A stretch of 63,340 nucleotides of DNA, counting the filler. It is 4 parts of 4 records of this genome, joined end to end, with 100 filler letters (N's around TTAATTAATTAA, not from the genome) between each part and the next. Parts side by side here need not be neighbours in the genome. Positions count along the whole stretch, not along the records: positions 1 to 20,019 come from SRR2962707_4775; positions 20,120 to 31,189 come from SRR2962707_4782; 2 more parts are not named here. One strand, written 5' to 3'. Every line of letters starts with the position of its first letter. The stretch's first letter is position 1. Below, piece by piece: positions 16,873 to 26,837 of the stretch. Under the pieces are notes generated by a model. The model ran no database searches, was not told the DNA's origin, and saw only the letters and a list, made by a program, of their open reading frames with translations. Both the position numbers and the translations under genes were made by a program.

Positions 16873-16880
16873 CAAAGGTA
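16873..16880 (-). promoter_or_regulatory. Bacteroidota housekeeping -7 promoter element for the GT operon
   Basis: Minus strand TACCTTTG matches the TAnnTTTG consensus, 23 bp upstream of the first GT2 start. Confidence 0.6.
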
Positions 16881-16951
16881 GGTGTCTGATCGGACTAAAA
16901 CTGACTCTATGATGACACTTACATTCAAATCTATTTTTAGTTTTATGCGCG

Positions 16952-17734
16952 ATGAATCACTATGAAGTTTTGGGAGTGTCTTCTTCCGTCAGCCATGCAG
17001 AAATCAAAAGAGCCTATCGGAAGTTGGTTAAAATTTATCACCCGGATCTTAACCCGACCACTACTGCGGCAGATCAAATGATCCTGATTAATGAAGCCTA
17101 TGAGGTTTTATCCAATGCTACTTCACGCAATCTCTATGACCTCTACCTTCAAGGAGTTCCTATTAAAACAGATATTGAAGAAGTCACCCCATATCAACGA
17201 TATAAGGAGGAATATCGAGCTAAAAGAGTGAAAAAAGAAAGGGATAAAATCATCTATCTCGTCAAATTAAAAACACGATTTTATCGATACGAACGAATGG
17301 CCAATATGGTCTTTTTCTTCATGGCTATCTTATTAACTGTTGACTACTACTATCAACCCAATCAGCAAGTTGAACATGTAACAGAACTAAAGTTCAAAAA
17401 ATACACTACCAGCGTAGTTACAGAAAATGGCACCCGACTTTCCACATCCAGCTTATTTTACAATGTGATGATGAATGACAATAGCAGTGATGTATTGATT
17501 AAGTATTCGGGCTTGTTTGGACTTCCGGTTCGGATTCAGTCAGCCAAAGGGTCAGAAGACTTTATTGTGAACGGCTCGATATATACGTTTCGGAATGTAT
17601 TTTCTGTCATTATTCTCATTTTCTCTGCAATTGTGGTTAAAAACAAGGAGTACACCGATTTCCGATTGTCCTGTGGATTGGTTCCCGGATTCTTTGTTTT
17701 GTTTATGATGCTATTTATTCTCACAGAGATATAA
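16952..17734 (+). CDS. J-domain (DnaJ-like) membrane protein
   Basis: HYEVLGV...IKRAYRKLVKIYHPD...INEAYEVLS J domain followed by three TM segments. Confidence 0.85.
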   Translation: MNHYEVLGVSSSVSHAEIKRAYRKLVKIYHPDLNPTTTAADQMILINEAYEVLSNATSRNLYDLYLQGVPIKTDIEEVTPYQRYKEEYRAKRVKKERDKIIYLVKLKTRFYRYERMANMVFFFMAILLTVDYYYQPNQQVEHVTELKFKKYTTSVVTENGTRLSTSSLFYNVMMNDNSSDVLIKYSGLFGLPVRIQSAKGSEDFIVNGSIYTFRNVFSVIILIFSAIVVKNKEYTDFRLSCGLVPGFFVLFMMLFILTEI

Positions 17735-17848
17735 TAATGGACTAAATTCTGGCCTTACGGATGATTATAATTTTTTCCATTAAAAAAAGATTATAAAACC
17801 GCTTTTTGCATTTTAATGATTTGACCCGCATCTTTACTGCACAACGGC

Positions 17849-20019
17849 ATGTACTTCTGGAATACATACCCCTTTGTGCGATTTACAATTGCTCTAATCC
17901 TTGGAATCGTTTGCTTTGACCACTTTACGACTATGGAACTGTGGTCAATCACTGCCCTCTGTATTCTGATAGGTTGTTACTCCTTTTCACTCTTCATTTC
18001 TCATAAGACCAGCTTTTACAAGCTAAGGCATATAAATGGCATCCTCGCCTTCAGCATTTTGTTCATTATTGGTGGCAACATTGCAAAATATAAGTATCAA
18101 AATCATCCCTCCCACCACTACACAAACCAACGAATAGAAATTAAAGGTTTTTCGGGCATTATAACCAGTCCTGCAAATGAGAGAACCAATCATTTCCGAT
18201 ACGGTTTTGATATAAATAGCCTATACTCAACATCTGATTCCATTCACGAGGCTGCTGGTAAAATACATCTCTATATCAGGAAGGATAGCCTCAATACTCC
18301 TTTGAAATATGGTGATCGATTACTTGTGTATGGAAAATTTTATCCGGTTCCCGGCCCGGATAATCCGAATGAATTCGATTATAAGAAATACCTGGAACGT
18401 CAGAATATCTATAGTCATGCTTTTGTCGAGGAGGGACGAATAAAAATAGTAGGAAACAATCCGCCAAACGTTTTCAAGAAGTGGGCTTTTTCTCTTAGAG
18501 AATCAGCTTCAAAAACCATTGATAAACACATTCAAAACCCAAGAGAAAATGGCATTGCCCAGGCTTTATTGCTAGGTATCAAGGATCATCTTGATAATGA
18601 TGTAAAAAAAGCATACTCTTCTGCCGGAGCTATGCATGTGTTGGCTGTATCTGGGCTGCATGTGGGAATTATATTCCTGTTAATCAATCTTGTCTTTGGC
18701 AAGTTGACTGAATCGGGAAAATGGGGCAACTACGCCTTCGGCCTTATAAGTGTATCCACTATTTGGTTCTATGCCATGGTTACAGGACTAAGTCCATCTG
18801 TTTTAAGAGCAGCAACCATGTTTTCATTAGTTGCTTTCAGTCAGGCTTACGTTCGAGAAGGCAATATCTATAATACGCTTGCTTTTGCAGCATTCATTTT
18901 ACTGTTGTTTGATCCCTATTTAATTTATTCGGTCGGATTCCAGCTTTCATTTGCTGCCGTTGTTGGAATCGTCTATTTACAACCCAAATTCTACAGACTG
19001 TTTGACTTTAGAATTTGGCTACTGGACAAAGCATGGGCCATTACTTGTGTCTCCATCGCCGCGCAACTCGCTACATTCCCTTTGTCAGCTTATTATTTTC
19101 ATCAGTTTCCAACCTACTTTCTAGCTTCTAATCTCATTGTAATTCCTTCCTCCTTTTTGATGTTAGTTGGTGGGATTAGTATGTTGGTGATCGACCCTAT
19201 CATTTCATCGGTCGGAGCATTTATTGGTCATTGGCTAAGCCAATTCATATGGCTGATAAATGAAATAATCAGCTATATACATGTCCTGCCGAATAGTTTA
19301 ATAGAATGGATTTACATGGATCGATTTGGTTTAGTCATGACATACCTGATCGTATGCACTCTGATTGCTGGTCTCCATTATTCCTCTTTTAAAACATTGG
19401 TTGTCTCATCCTGCCTGGGAGTAATATTTATGCTTTGGGCTTGGATATCTAATGAAAAACAATCGATCAGGGAAGAGCTTGTTTTCTATGAAATCTCAGA
19501 CAAGCTGGCTGTTGATCATATCAGTGGGCATCATGGAAAACTTTACATTGATGATATTAAGAAAAGTGAGTTGGAGCTTCTTTCCTTTCAAATAAACCCA
19601 CATAGACTATCCTCACACCTTCCACCCATCAAAGAGTCTCTTCTAACTCTCGAAGAGGCAAATTTCCAGCGAAAAGATGCCATTCAACTTGGTCAAATTG
19701 CGGGCAAGCGGTTTTTGATTTTTGACTCCACCACATTTCATCTCGATTTTCGAAAAGTAATCAATACGGACTTTGTAATAATTAACAACCAGGCGGTGAA
19801 AAGTATGGAATGGCTCAAAGAACATTTTTCATTCCAGCACTTAATCATAAGTAATAAAAATTCTCGGTTCTATTCTCAAAAAATGAAAACTCAAGCCAAA
19901 AACCTTGGTCTCCGAATACACAGCATGAAAGAGGATGGTGCACTTAAGGTGCCATTAAACGAAGGCATAAAAAAAGAGCGGACAATGTTGCCCGCTCTGT
20001 TCACCACCAATCCCGACTA
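17849..20019 (+). CDS. comEC: ComEC/Rec2 DNA uptake channel (3' end reaches the contig edge)
   Basis: NPNEFDY, AMHVLAVSGLHVG, SPSVLRA and GFQLSF motifs; last visible codons GAC-TA(N) may be the stop. Confidence 0.92.
19968..19998 (-). terminator. Intrinsic terminator of an unseen convergent gene, overlapping the comEC 3' end
   Basis: AGAGCGG-A-CAA-TG-TTG-C-CCGCTCT hairpin preceded on + by an A tract (U tract on -). Confidence 0.6.
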
Positions 20020-20119
20020 NNNNNNNNNNNNNNNNNNNNNNNNNNNNNNNNNNNNNNNNNNNNTTAATTAATTAANNNNNNNNNNNNNNNNNNNNNNNNN
20101 NNNNNNNNNNNNNNNNNNN
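20020..20119. other. Artificial contig-joining spacer
   Basis: 44 N + TTAATTAATTAA (stops in all six frames) + 44 N; abrupt composition change across it. Confidence 0.98.
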
Positions 20120-20680
20120 GTCGAGCGCCGTGGTCGGCTCGTCGGCGATAATCAGGTTCGGCCCGCACATCAGCGTCATGGCGATCATGACCCGCTGGCG
20201 CAGACCACCCGACAGTTGATGCGGATACTGGGTAAGGCGGGATTCGGCAGCCGTGATCCCCACTTTCTCCAGCAGGTAGATCGCCCGGTCGCGGGCTTCG
20301 CGGGTCGTCACCTTGCGGTGACGCTTCAGCGCTTCTTCCATCTGATTGCCGATGGTGTAAGCCGGGTTGAGGCTTGTCATCGGCTCCTGAAAGATCATGC
20401 CCATGGTGTTGCCGCGAATGTCGGACATCCGCCGTTCACCGGCACCCAGCATATCCTCGCCTTCGAGGGCCAGCTTGTCGGCGGTGCGGATCGCCTTCTT
20501 CGGCAAAAGATCCATGACCGCCAGCGAGGTCAGCGACTTGCCGCAACCGCTTTCGCCGACGATGCAGAGGGTTTCGCCCTGATCGACATGGAATGAAATG
20601 CCCTGCACCGCATGCAGCATGCCGCTGCCGACGGGAATATCGACGGTCAGGTTTTCAACTTCGAGAACACGTTTGCTCAT
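20120..20680 (-). CDS. Dpp/Opp-family ABC transporter ATP-binding subunit (3' truncated by contig edge)
   Basis: [31 protein letters not shown] and [11 protein letters not shown]; start at MSKRVLEV. Confidence 0.93.
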
Positions 20681-20690
20681 CACGCCCCTC

Positions 20691-21617
20691 CTAGTTCCGG
20701 TTTTCCGGCGCCGTGACGTCACGGATACCGTCGCCCAGAAGGTTGATGGACAGGATCAGAATGAACAGCGCCGTGCCCGGAATACCGACAAGCCACGGAT
20801 CAAACAGCATGTGGTTCTTGCCTTCGGCGATCATCAGACCCCAGCTCGGTGCCGGCGGTTGCACACCCAGACCCAGGAACGACAGTGCCGCTTCGAGGAT
20901 GATCGCATGCGCCATTTCGATGGTCGCAACGACGATCAGGTTGTTGACGATGTTCGGCATGATCTCGGTAAAGATGATCCGCGTCGTCGAACAGCCGATG
21001 GCCTGCGCGGCGGCGACGTAATCCAGGTTTCGCACCTGCTGCGTCGTCGACCTCATGACCACCGCGAAGCGGTCCCAGATCAATAGCCCCAGCACCCAGA
21101 TCACGATGGTCAGCGAGTTGCCGACCAGCGAGACGACCGCCAGCGCCACCAGCACCACCGGCAACGACAGCCGGGTCGTGATGATGAAGTTGACGACCAT
21201 GTCGACACGTCCGCCGAAGTAGCCGGCGGCCACGCCGAGGGCGGTACCGATGACACCGGAAATCAGCATCGCCGCGAAGCCGATCAGCAGCGAAATCTGC
21301 GAGCCGTGGATCAGCCTGGACAGATAATCCCGGCCGAACTGATCGGTGCCCAGCGGATGCACCCAGGTCGCTTTTGCATGATCATGCCAGATCGGCGGAA
21401 TGAGCTTGCGGGCCAGCTGCTGATCCAGCGGGTCATGCGGTGAAATCAGCGGGGCCAGAAAGGCGATGGCGATGATGGTCAGAAGAACGAACATCCCGAA
21501 CATGAAGCCGGCATGGCTGAACATCCGCTTGCGCGCACGTTCGCCCGGCGACGGCTCGTCGATGATACGCTCGGCGATGACCGGGCTTTGATCGGATTTT
21601 GCAGCGGTATCGCTCAT
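20691..21617 (-). CDS. Dpp/Opp-family ABC permease (DppC-like)
   Basis: HPLGTDQFGRD, EAALSFLGLGVQPPAPSWG and NLLGDGIRD motifs. Confidence 0.93.
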   Translation of the reverse strand: MSDTAAKSDQSPVIAERIIDEPSPGERARKRMFSHAGFMFGMFVLLTIIAIAFLAPLISPHDPLDQQLARKLIPPIWHDHAKATWVHPLGTDQFGRDYLSRLIHGSQISLLIGFAAMLISGVIGTALGVAAGYFGGRVDMVVNFIITTRLSLPVVLVALAVVSLVGNSLTIVIWVLGLLIWDRFAVVMRSTTQQVRNLDYVAAAQAIGCSTTRIIFTEIMPNIVNNLIVVATIEMAHAIILEAALSFLGLGVQPPAPSWGLMIAEGKNHMLFDPWLVGIPGTALFILILSINLLGDGIRDVTAPENRN

Positions 21618-21618
21618 A

Positions 21619-22536
21619 TCAGCTCACCCTTATTCTTGGGTCGAGGAAGGCGTTCAGCAGATCCGCCAGGAACGTCAGCACGATATAGAAGCATGACAGC
21701 ACCAGAACGATGGCCTGCATCATCGGCAGGTCGGCGCGGAGAATGGATTCCCATGCCAGCTGGCCAAGGCCGTTAATGGCGAAGATCGTTTCGATGACGA
21801 TGGACCCGCCGAGCATGAAGCCGAACTGCACCGCCGACAGCGACACCACGGGAATGATGGCATTGCGGAGCGCATGCTTGAACAGCACGACAATCGGGCG
21901 CAGGCCCTTGGCGCGTGCGGTACGGATATAGTCACTGGAAAGCACTTCGATCATCCCGGCCCGGGTCAGGCGCATCACCGCCGGGGTCACGTAATAGCCC
22001 AGCGCGATCGACGGCATGACAAAGTTGAGCCAGGACGCACTGCCGGTGATCGGCAGCCAGCGCAGACTGACGCCGAAGAAAAAGATCATGATCAGCGCGA
22101 ACCAGAAACTGGGCAGCGCCTGGCCGACGACGGCAATCGTCAGGGCGAACCGGTCGATCAGGGTGTTCGGGCGCATCGCCGCAAGCACACCCAGCGGGAT
22201 CGACAGCGCCAGCGCAAAGCCGAGGGCGCTCGCCCCCAGCGTCATGGTCACCGGCAAACGCTGGAAAATAACTTCGGAAACTTCTGATTTAAGATAATGG
22301 GAATGACCAAGATTGCCGGTCAGCGCACCGCCCAGCCAGGACAGGTACTGCACGATAATCGGCTGGTCGTAGCCGTATACCTTGCGGATGTTTTCGATGT
22401 CCTGCTGGGTCGCGGTTTCACCGGCCAGAGCAATTGCCGGATCGCCCGACAGATAGATCATCGAGAACGTAATGAGGGAAACGGTGATCGCAACCAGAAG
22501 CGCGATACTAAGCCGCTTCAGGGCATAGATAAGCAT
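21619..22536 (-). CDS. Dpp/Opp-family ABC permease (DppB-like)
   Basis: GDPA, DYIRTARAKGL, HALRNA, IVIETIF and LDPRIR motifs. Confidence 0.93.
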   Translation of the reverse strand: MLIYALKRLSIALLVAITVSLITFSMIYLSGDPAIALAGETATQQDIENIRKVYGYDQPIIVQYLSWLGGALTGNLGHSHYLKSEVSEVIFQRLPVTMTLGASALGFALALSIPLGVLAAMRPNTLIDRFALTIAVVGQALPSFWFALIMIFFFGVSLRWLPITGSASWLNFVMPSIALGYYVTPAVMRLTRAGMIEVLSSDYIRTARAKGLRPIVVLFKHALRNAIIPVVSLSAVQFGFMLGGSIVIETIFAINGLGQLAWESILRADLPMMQAIVLVLSCFYIVLTFLADLLNAFLDPRIRVS

Positions 22537-22564
22537 GCCTTTAAACCCTATTGCCGATGCAGGT

Positions 22565-22591
22565 CCGGCCCCGGCATATCACCGGGGCCGG
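22565..22591 (-). terminator. Intercistronic stem-loop after the substrate-binding gene (mRNA stabiliser or attenuator)
   Basis: Perfect 10-bp stem CCGGCCCCGG / CCGGGGCCGG with 7-nt loop; no U tract. Confidence 0.55.
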
Positions 22592-22607
22592 CCGCAATTC
22601 TACGAAC

Positions 22608-24146
22608 TTACTTCCACTTCGCCGTGAAGAACCGCGGAATTTCGTCCGAGGTCGGCGTGAAGTCGAGATCGCTCGAGTACGCATAGTATTTTGCGTATGT
22701 GAACATCGGCAGCCAGTACAGCTCACCGGAAATCCGGCTCAGAGCTTCCTTGTACTTGGCTTTCCGGACTTCGGGATCAACCGAGGTATCACCCGCCTTC
22801 ATGGCTGCGACGACCGACGGATCCTTGGCCGGATCGTCCTTGCCGCCGGAGAAGAAGTGACCGGCACTGGCCGATACGTCCGGAATGGAGTTGGAACCCC
22901 ACGTCATGTGGTGCAGCGGGGTCGTCCCTTTCCACACCAGATCACGCAGTGCGCGATACTGCATGAACTTGAGGTTTGCCTTGATACCGACGTTCGCCAG
23001 GTCGCCGATGACGGCCTCGGTGAATTCACGCTGACGATAAGCGTAGATGTCGGTTTCAAAACCGTTTTCAAGACCGGCTTCCTTCAGCAGCGCCTTGGAC
23101 TTGGCAGGATCGTAATCCCACTTCGGCACGTCCTGGGTGCAACCGAACTGATCCGGGTGGCACGCCGCATCGATGACGACCGATGCCGAACCAACGAGGT
23201 TCTCAACGATCGACTTGCGGTTGATGGCGTGGGCCACGGCTTCACGCACGCGCTTGTCCATGAAGTGCTTGTCCCCGCTGTCGCCGTCCACATCAAAGGC
23301 GATGTAGCTGATCCGCATGGTCTTGGCGTTGGTCACCGTGACGTTGCTCATGCCGCCCAGCTTTTCAGCCTGGTCTTTCGGCACGTCCCAGATCCAGTCG
23401 ACGCCACCGGTCAGCATTTCGGCGATCTGCGTGTTCATTTCCTTGATGGTGCGGAACGTCAGTTTGCCGATCGCAGCCGTCCCCTTGGGACCGCCCTTGA
23501 AGTATTTATCGTTGCGGACCATCTCGACGCGGTCACCGGCGACCACGTTGGTGATCATGTACGGACCGGTACCGACACCCTTGACGGCGGCATAGTCTTT
23601 CTTGCCGTCGGCACCTGCAGGTGCGCTGTCATAATGGCCTTCCGGCATCATGAAGACGGCCTGTGCGAAGTAGGCGAGTGCAGCCGGGAACGGCTCCTTC
23701 AGCTTGATACGGACGCTGTTCGGGCCGGTCTTTTCGGCAGACTCGAGGAACTTCACGTTGGCCTGCGTCAGAACGCCGTTGTCGGCGTTGGCGACGAAGT
23801 TCACGGTGTAGACCACATCTTCGGGACCGAACGTGGACCCGTCGTGGAACACGACATCGTCACGCAGTTCAAAATCGATGGTGACGTCATCTACCCATTT
23901 ATAGGATGTCGCCAGAAGCGGCTCGTATTCACCGGTTTTCAGGTTGCGGAACAGAAGACCGTCCCACACCGTGTTACCCATGATCACGAGTTCACGTGTG
24001 TTGTTGTAATAAGGATCGGCAACCGCGACTTCACGAGTTGTCGACCAGACCAACGTGTCGTCGGCCTTGCCTGCGAACACCGCAGGCGTAGCAGCCAGCG
24101 TTGCCGCCGCTGCCAATGCAGTACCTAGAATAACTTTGCGGAACAT
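22608..24146 (-). CDS. ABC transporter substrate-binding protein, family 5
   Basis: Signal peptide, PLLATSY, LRDDVVFHDG, VGTGPY, VREAVAHAINR and YDPAKSKALLKEAG motifs. Confidence 0.93.
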   Translation of the reverse strand: MFRKVILGTALAAAATLAATPAVFAGKADDTLVWSTTREVAVADPYYNNTRELVIMGNTVWDGLLFRNLKTGEYEPLLATSYKWVDDVTIDFELRDDVVFHDGSTFGPEDVVYTVNFVANADNGVLTQANVKFLESAEKTGPNSVRIKLKEPFPAALAYFAQAVFMMPEGHYDSAPAGADGKKDYAAVKGVGTGPYMITNVVAGDRVEMVRNDKYFKGGPKGTAAIGKLTFRTIKEMNTQIAEMLTGGVDWIWDVPKDQAEKLGGMSNVTVTNAKTMRISYIAFDVDGDSGDKHFMDKRVREAVAHAINRKSIVENLVGSASVVIDAACHPDQFGCTQDVPKWDYDPAKSKALLKEAGLENGFETDIYAYRQREFTEAVIGDLANVGIKANLKFMQYRALRDLVWKGTTPLHHMTWGSNSIPDVSASAGHFFSGGKDDPAKDPSVVAAMKAGDTSVDPEVRKAKYKEALSRISGELYWLPMFTYAKYYAYSSDLDFTPTSDEIPRFFTAKWK

Positions 24147-24328
24147 TTTGCTCTCGCCTCCCTGAGTAGATTGACATTGCGCATGTCAGCAGCGGGGACG
24201 CTCTCGACGCGTCCCATTGAGACAATTGTTCGATGAATCGGCTGCCGAGTCCATGCCCAACAGCACGCGCATCGATTTTTTTTAAAAACGTACTCCCTTT
24301 TGCGGTTTGCCGCATTTATTAAATTTAT

Positions 24329-24357
24329 TACTATTTAATACACAATAGTATATACTA
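24329..24357. promoter_or_regulatory. AT-rich palindromes in the divergent SBP/iclR region (candidate IclR operator)
   Basis: TACTATT-N8-AATAGTA (24329-24350) overlapping TAGTATATACTA (24346-24357). Confidence 0.4.
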
Positions 24358-24391
24358 ATATCCTAGGTCAGGTTTTATCAAAGCGTCAAGC

Positions 24392-25219
24392 ATGAGCATC
24401 AAATCACCTTCATCAACCGCCGCCGCATCTGATCAGCAGCCATCGAGCGCGTTGTATGTCGGCTCTCTCGAAAAGGGCTTTCGCGTGCTTGCAGCGTTCG
24501 GCAGCGGCTTCCCCGCTCTCGGCGTGACGGAGATCGCGTTACGGACGGGCCTCGACAAAAGCGCCGCGCAACGGTTTTCCAATACGCTTCATCAGCTGGG
24601 GTTTCTGGAAAAGGATGCATCGACGCGACGTTACCGTCCCGGCCGACGGCTGATGGAACTGGCCTATCTATATATGAGCAACAGCACATTGGGCGCCGCT
24701 GCCATGCCGCGCCTGATCGAAGCCGGCGCGATCCACAACACGACCGTCAACCTGGTCGAGCGCGATGACCTCAGCATGATCTACACGGTCCGCATTCCGC
24801 ACGTGAAGGCTCCCTATGATGCAACCGTTCCCGGACGGCGCATTCCGGCATTCTGTTCCGCTTCCGGCATCGCCGTGATGTCGCGCCTGGCCGACGACGA
24901 AGTCCTCGATATCCTGGAACGCTCCACGCTGGAAAAACAGCAGCCGACGACGATCACGGACCCGGACAAAATCATGAAGCTGGTGGCCCAGGCCCGCAGG
25001 CGCGGCTTCGCCCAAACCTACGCACAACAGCTGGAGCGCGAAATCTCCATCGCCGCCCCGATTCTCGATGCCCGCAAGCGCCCGATCGGCGCCGTGCAGA
25101 TTCCCGTATATACCCCGGTCTGGAAAAAATCCGACGCGACCGTGAAGCTCGGGCCGCTCGCCGTCGAAACCGCGGATGCGATTTCCGGCGCGCTCGTCAC
25201 TACGGAACAGGACTTCTGA
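24392..25219 (+). CDS. IclR family transcriptional regulator
   Basis: SLEKGFRVL HTH region, PAFCSASG and SIAAPI effector-domain motifs. Confidence 0.92.
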   Translation: MSIKSPSSTAAASDQQPSSALYVGSLEKGFRVLAAFGSGFPALGVTEIALRTGLDKSAAQRFSNTLHQLGFLEKDASTRRYRPGRRLMELAYLYMSNSTLGAAAMPRLIEAGAIHNTTVNLVERDDLSMIYTVRIPHVKAPYDATVPGRRIPAFCSASGIAVMSRLADDEVLDILERSTLEKQQPTTITDPDKIMKLVAQARRRGFAQTYAQQLEREISIAAPILDARKRPIGAVQIPVYTPVWKKSDATVKLGPLAVETADAISGALVTTEQDF

Positions 25220-25328
25220 TCATGGGTTCCGCCCTTTCCCCGGAAACGGCTCTTGAACCCCTATTTGCCACACTCGGCAGCCACGCCCCGGTTTGGCCGC
25301 AAACTTCCGACCTCAAGAGGACAGCGAC

Positions 25329-26834
25329 ATGACGTTCCGTGTACTAACCGGCCTGTTCGGCCATGAAAGCAATGCCTTTTCAAAACTGCCGACCCGGCTC
25401 GCCAATTTCGAGAATTATCTACTCGCCTATGGTGACGATGTGCCCGCCGCCATCAAGGGCGCCAGCATCGAGCCTGCGGGTGTCGAACAGGCGGCGGAGA
25501 AGTATGACTGGGAACTGATCCGCACCGTTGTCGCCTGGGCAACGCCGTCCGGCCCCGTCGCGCGGGAAGCCTGGGATGCCTGTGCCGGTGCGATCCTGGA
25601 GGCGGCAAAAAACAAGGGCCCGTTCGACGGTGTCCTGATCAACCTGCACGGCGCCATGGCCACGGAAGATCACGACGACGCCGAAGGAGAACTGCTGCAG
25701 CAGCTTCGCGCCATTATCGGCCCCGATATCCCGGTAGCCATTACCCTCGACCTGCATGCCAACGTCACCGACCTGATGACCGAGCACGCCGACATCATCT
25801 GCGCCTACAGAACCTATCCCCACATCGACCAGATCGACACCTCGCTGCGGTGTGCCGCCGTGCTGGATCGCACCATGCGGGGCGAGGTCAGCCCGGTCTG
25901 CGTCACCGCGCGCCGCGACACCATCGAAGGTCTCGACGATGGCCGCACCACCACCGACAACCCGATGACGACGTTGCTGAACCGGGCGAGCGGGCTCGAA
26001 AAATCGGACCCCGGCGTTCTGCTGGTCAGCATTCAGGCGGGTTTCACACCGGCCAATCTTTATGAAGCCGGCCCCACGGTCTGTGTCACCGGCGACGGCG
26101 ATGATCCGAAGTTCCGGGCGATTGCCGAGGAATACATGGACTATGCCTGGGAAACCCGGCACTTCGATTCCAACACCTATCTCAGCGTCGATGAAACGGT
26201 TTCGGAAATTCGCAACCTTCTTGCCGACGGCAACGGCGCATCAGCAAAACAGGGGCCGGTCGTCGTCGCCGATTTTTCCGACAATCCGGGATCGGGGGCC
26301 TATGGCGATTCCACGCTGTTGCTGGCAGGGCTTCTCAAAGCCGGTCTGGAAAACGCCTGCTTCGGCACCATCTGCGACGCTGAAGCCGCCGCCATTCTGG
26401 TCAAGGCCGGCGAAGGGGCCGACGTGACGGTCCAGCTCGGCGGCAAGGTCGACCCAAGTTTCGGTGGTCCGCTGGAGCTGACGGGCACCGTGGTCCGCAT
26501 CACCGACGGCACCTATGTCGCCCAGGGGCCGCGCTGGAAAGGCGTCACCCATCACCTGGGCCCGACCGCGATCTTCAAGGTCGGCGGCATGGAGATCGTC
26601 GTCGCCTCGAATCGGCTGCAGCTGACCGAGGTCGAAGCCTTCACCCATGCCGGGATCGATCCCCGCACCCGCGACGTCGTGGCCGTCAAATCCATGCAGC
26701 ATTTCCGCGCCGCGTTTGCCCCGCTGGCCCGTGAAATCCTGATCTGCGATGCCGGTGCGCTGTCGACCAAGGATATTTCCAAACTGCCGTTCACGAGATT
26801 GCGCCGGCCGATATTCCCCCTGGATCTGGACTAA
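25329..26834 (+). CDS. M81 family metallopeptidase (MlrC-like)
   Basis: HESNAFS, LHGAM, LDLHAN, YRTYPHID, DNPGSG and VKSMQHFRA motifs; ATG at 25329 with GAGGA RBS. Confidence 0.9.
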   Translation: MTFRVLTGLFGHESNAFSKLPTRLANFENYLLAYGDDVPAAIKGASIEPAGVEQAAEKYDWELIRTVVAWATPSGPVAREAWDACAGAILEAAKNKGPFDGVLINLHGAMATEDHDDAEGELLQQLRAIIGPDIPVAITLDLHANVTDLMTEHADIICAYRTYPHIDQIDTSLRCAAVLDRTMRGEVSPVCVTARRDTIEGLDDGRTTTDNPMTTLLNRASGLEKSDPGVLLVSIQAGFTPANLYEAGPTVCVTGDGDDPKFRAIAEEYMDYAWETRHFDSNTYLSVDETVSEIRNLLADGNGASAKQGPVVVADFSDNPGSGAYGDSTLLLAGLLKAGLENACFGTICDAEAAAILVKAGEGADVTVQLGGKVDPSFGGPLELTGTVVRITDGTYVAQGPRWKGVTHHLGPTAIFKVGGMEIVVASNRLQLTEVEAFTHAGIDPRTRDVVAVKSMQHFRAAFAPLAREILICDAGALSTKDISKLPFTRLRRPIFPLDLD

Positions 26835-26837
26835 GCC

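Noticed and set aside
20064-20075. TTAATTAATTAA repeated three times in the window as a possible biological repeat or att site
   Set aside because: Always centred in 44+44 N; it is a synthetic six-frame-stop contig linker.
22551-24128. 525-aa plus-strand ORF
   Set aside because: Antisense shadow of the family-5 SBP gene in GC-rich DNA; no recognisable motifs.
25329-26834. Microcystin degradation (mlr) cluster
   Set aside because: Only an M81-family homolog is present; no mlrA, mlrB or mlrD in the contig, and the family is widespread.
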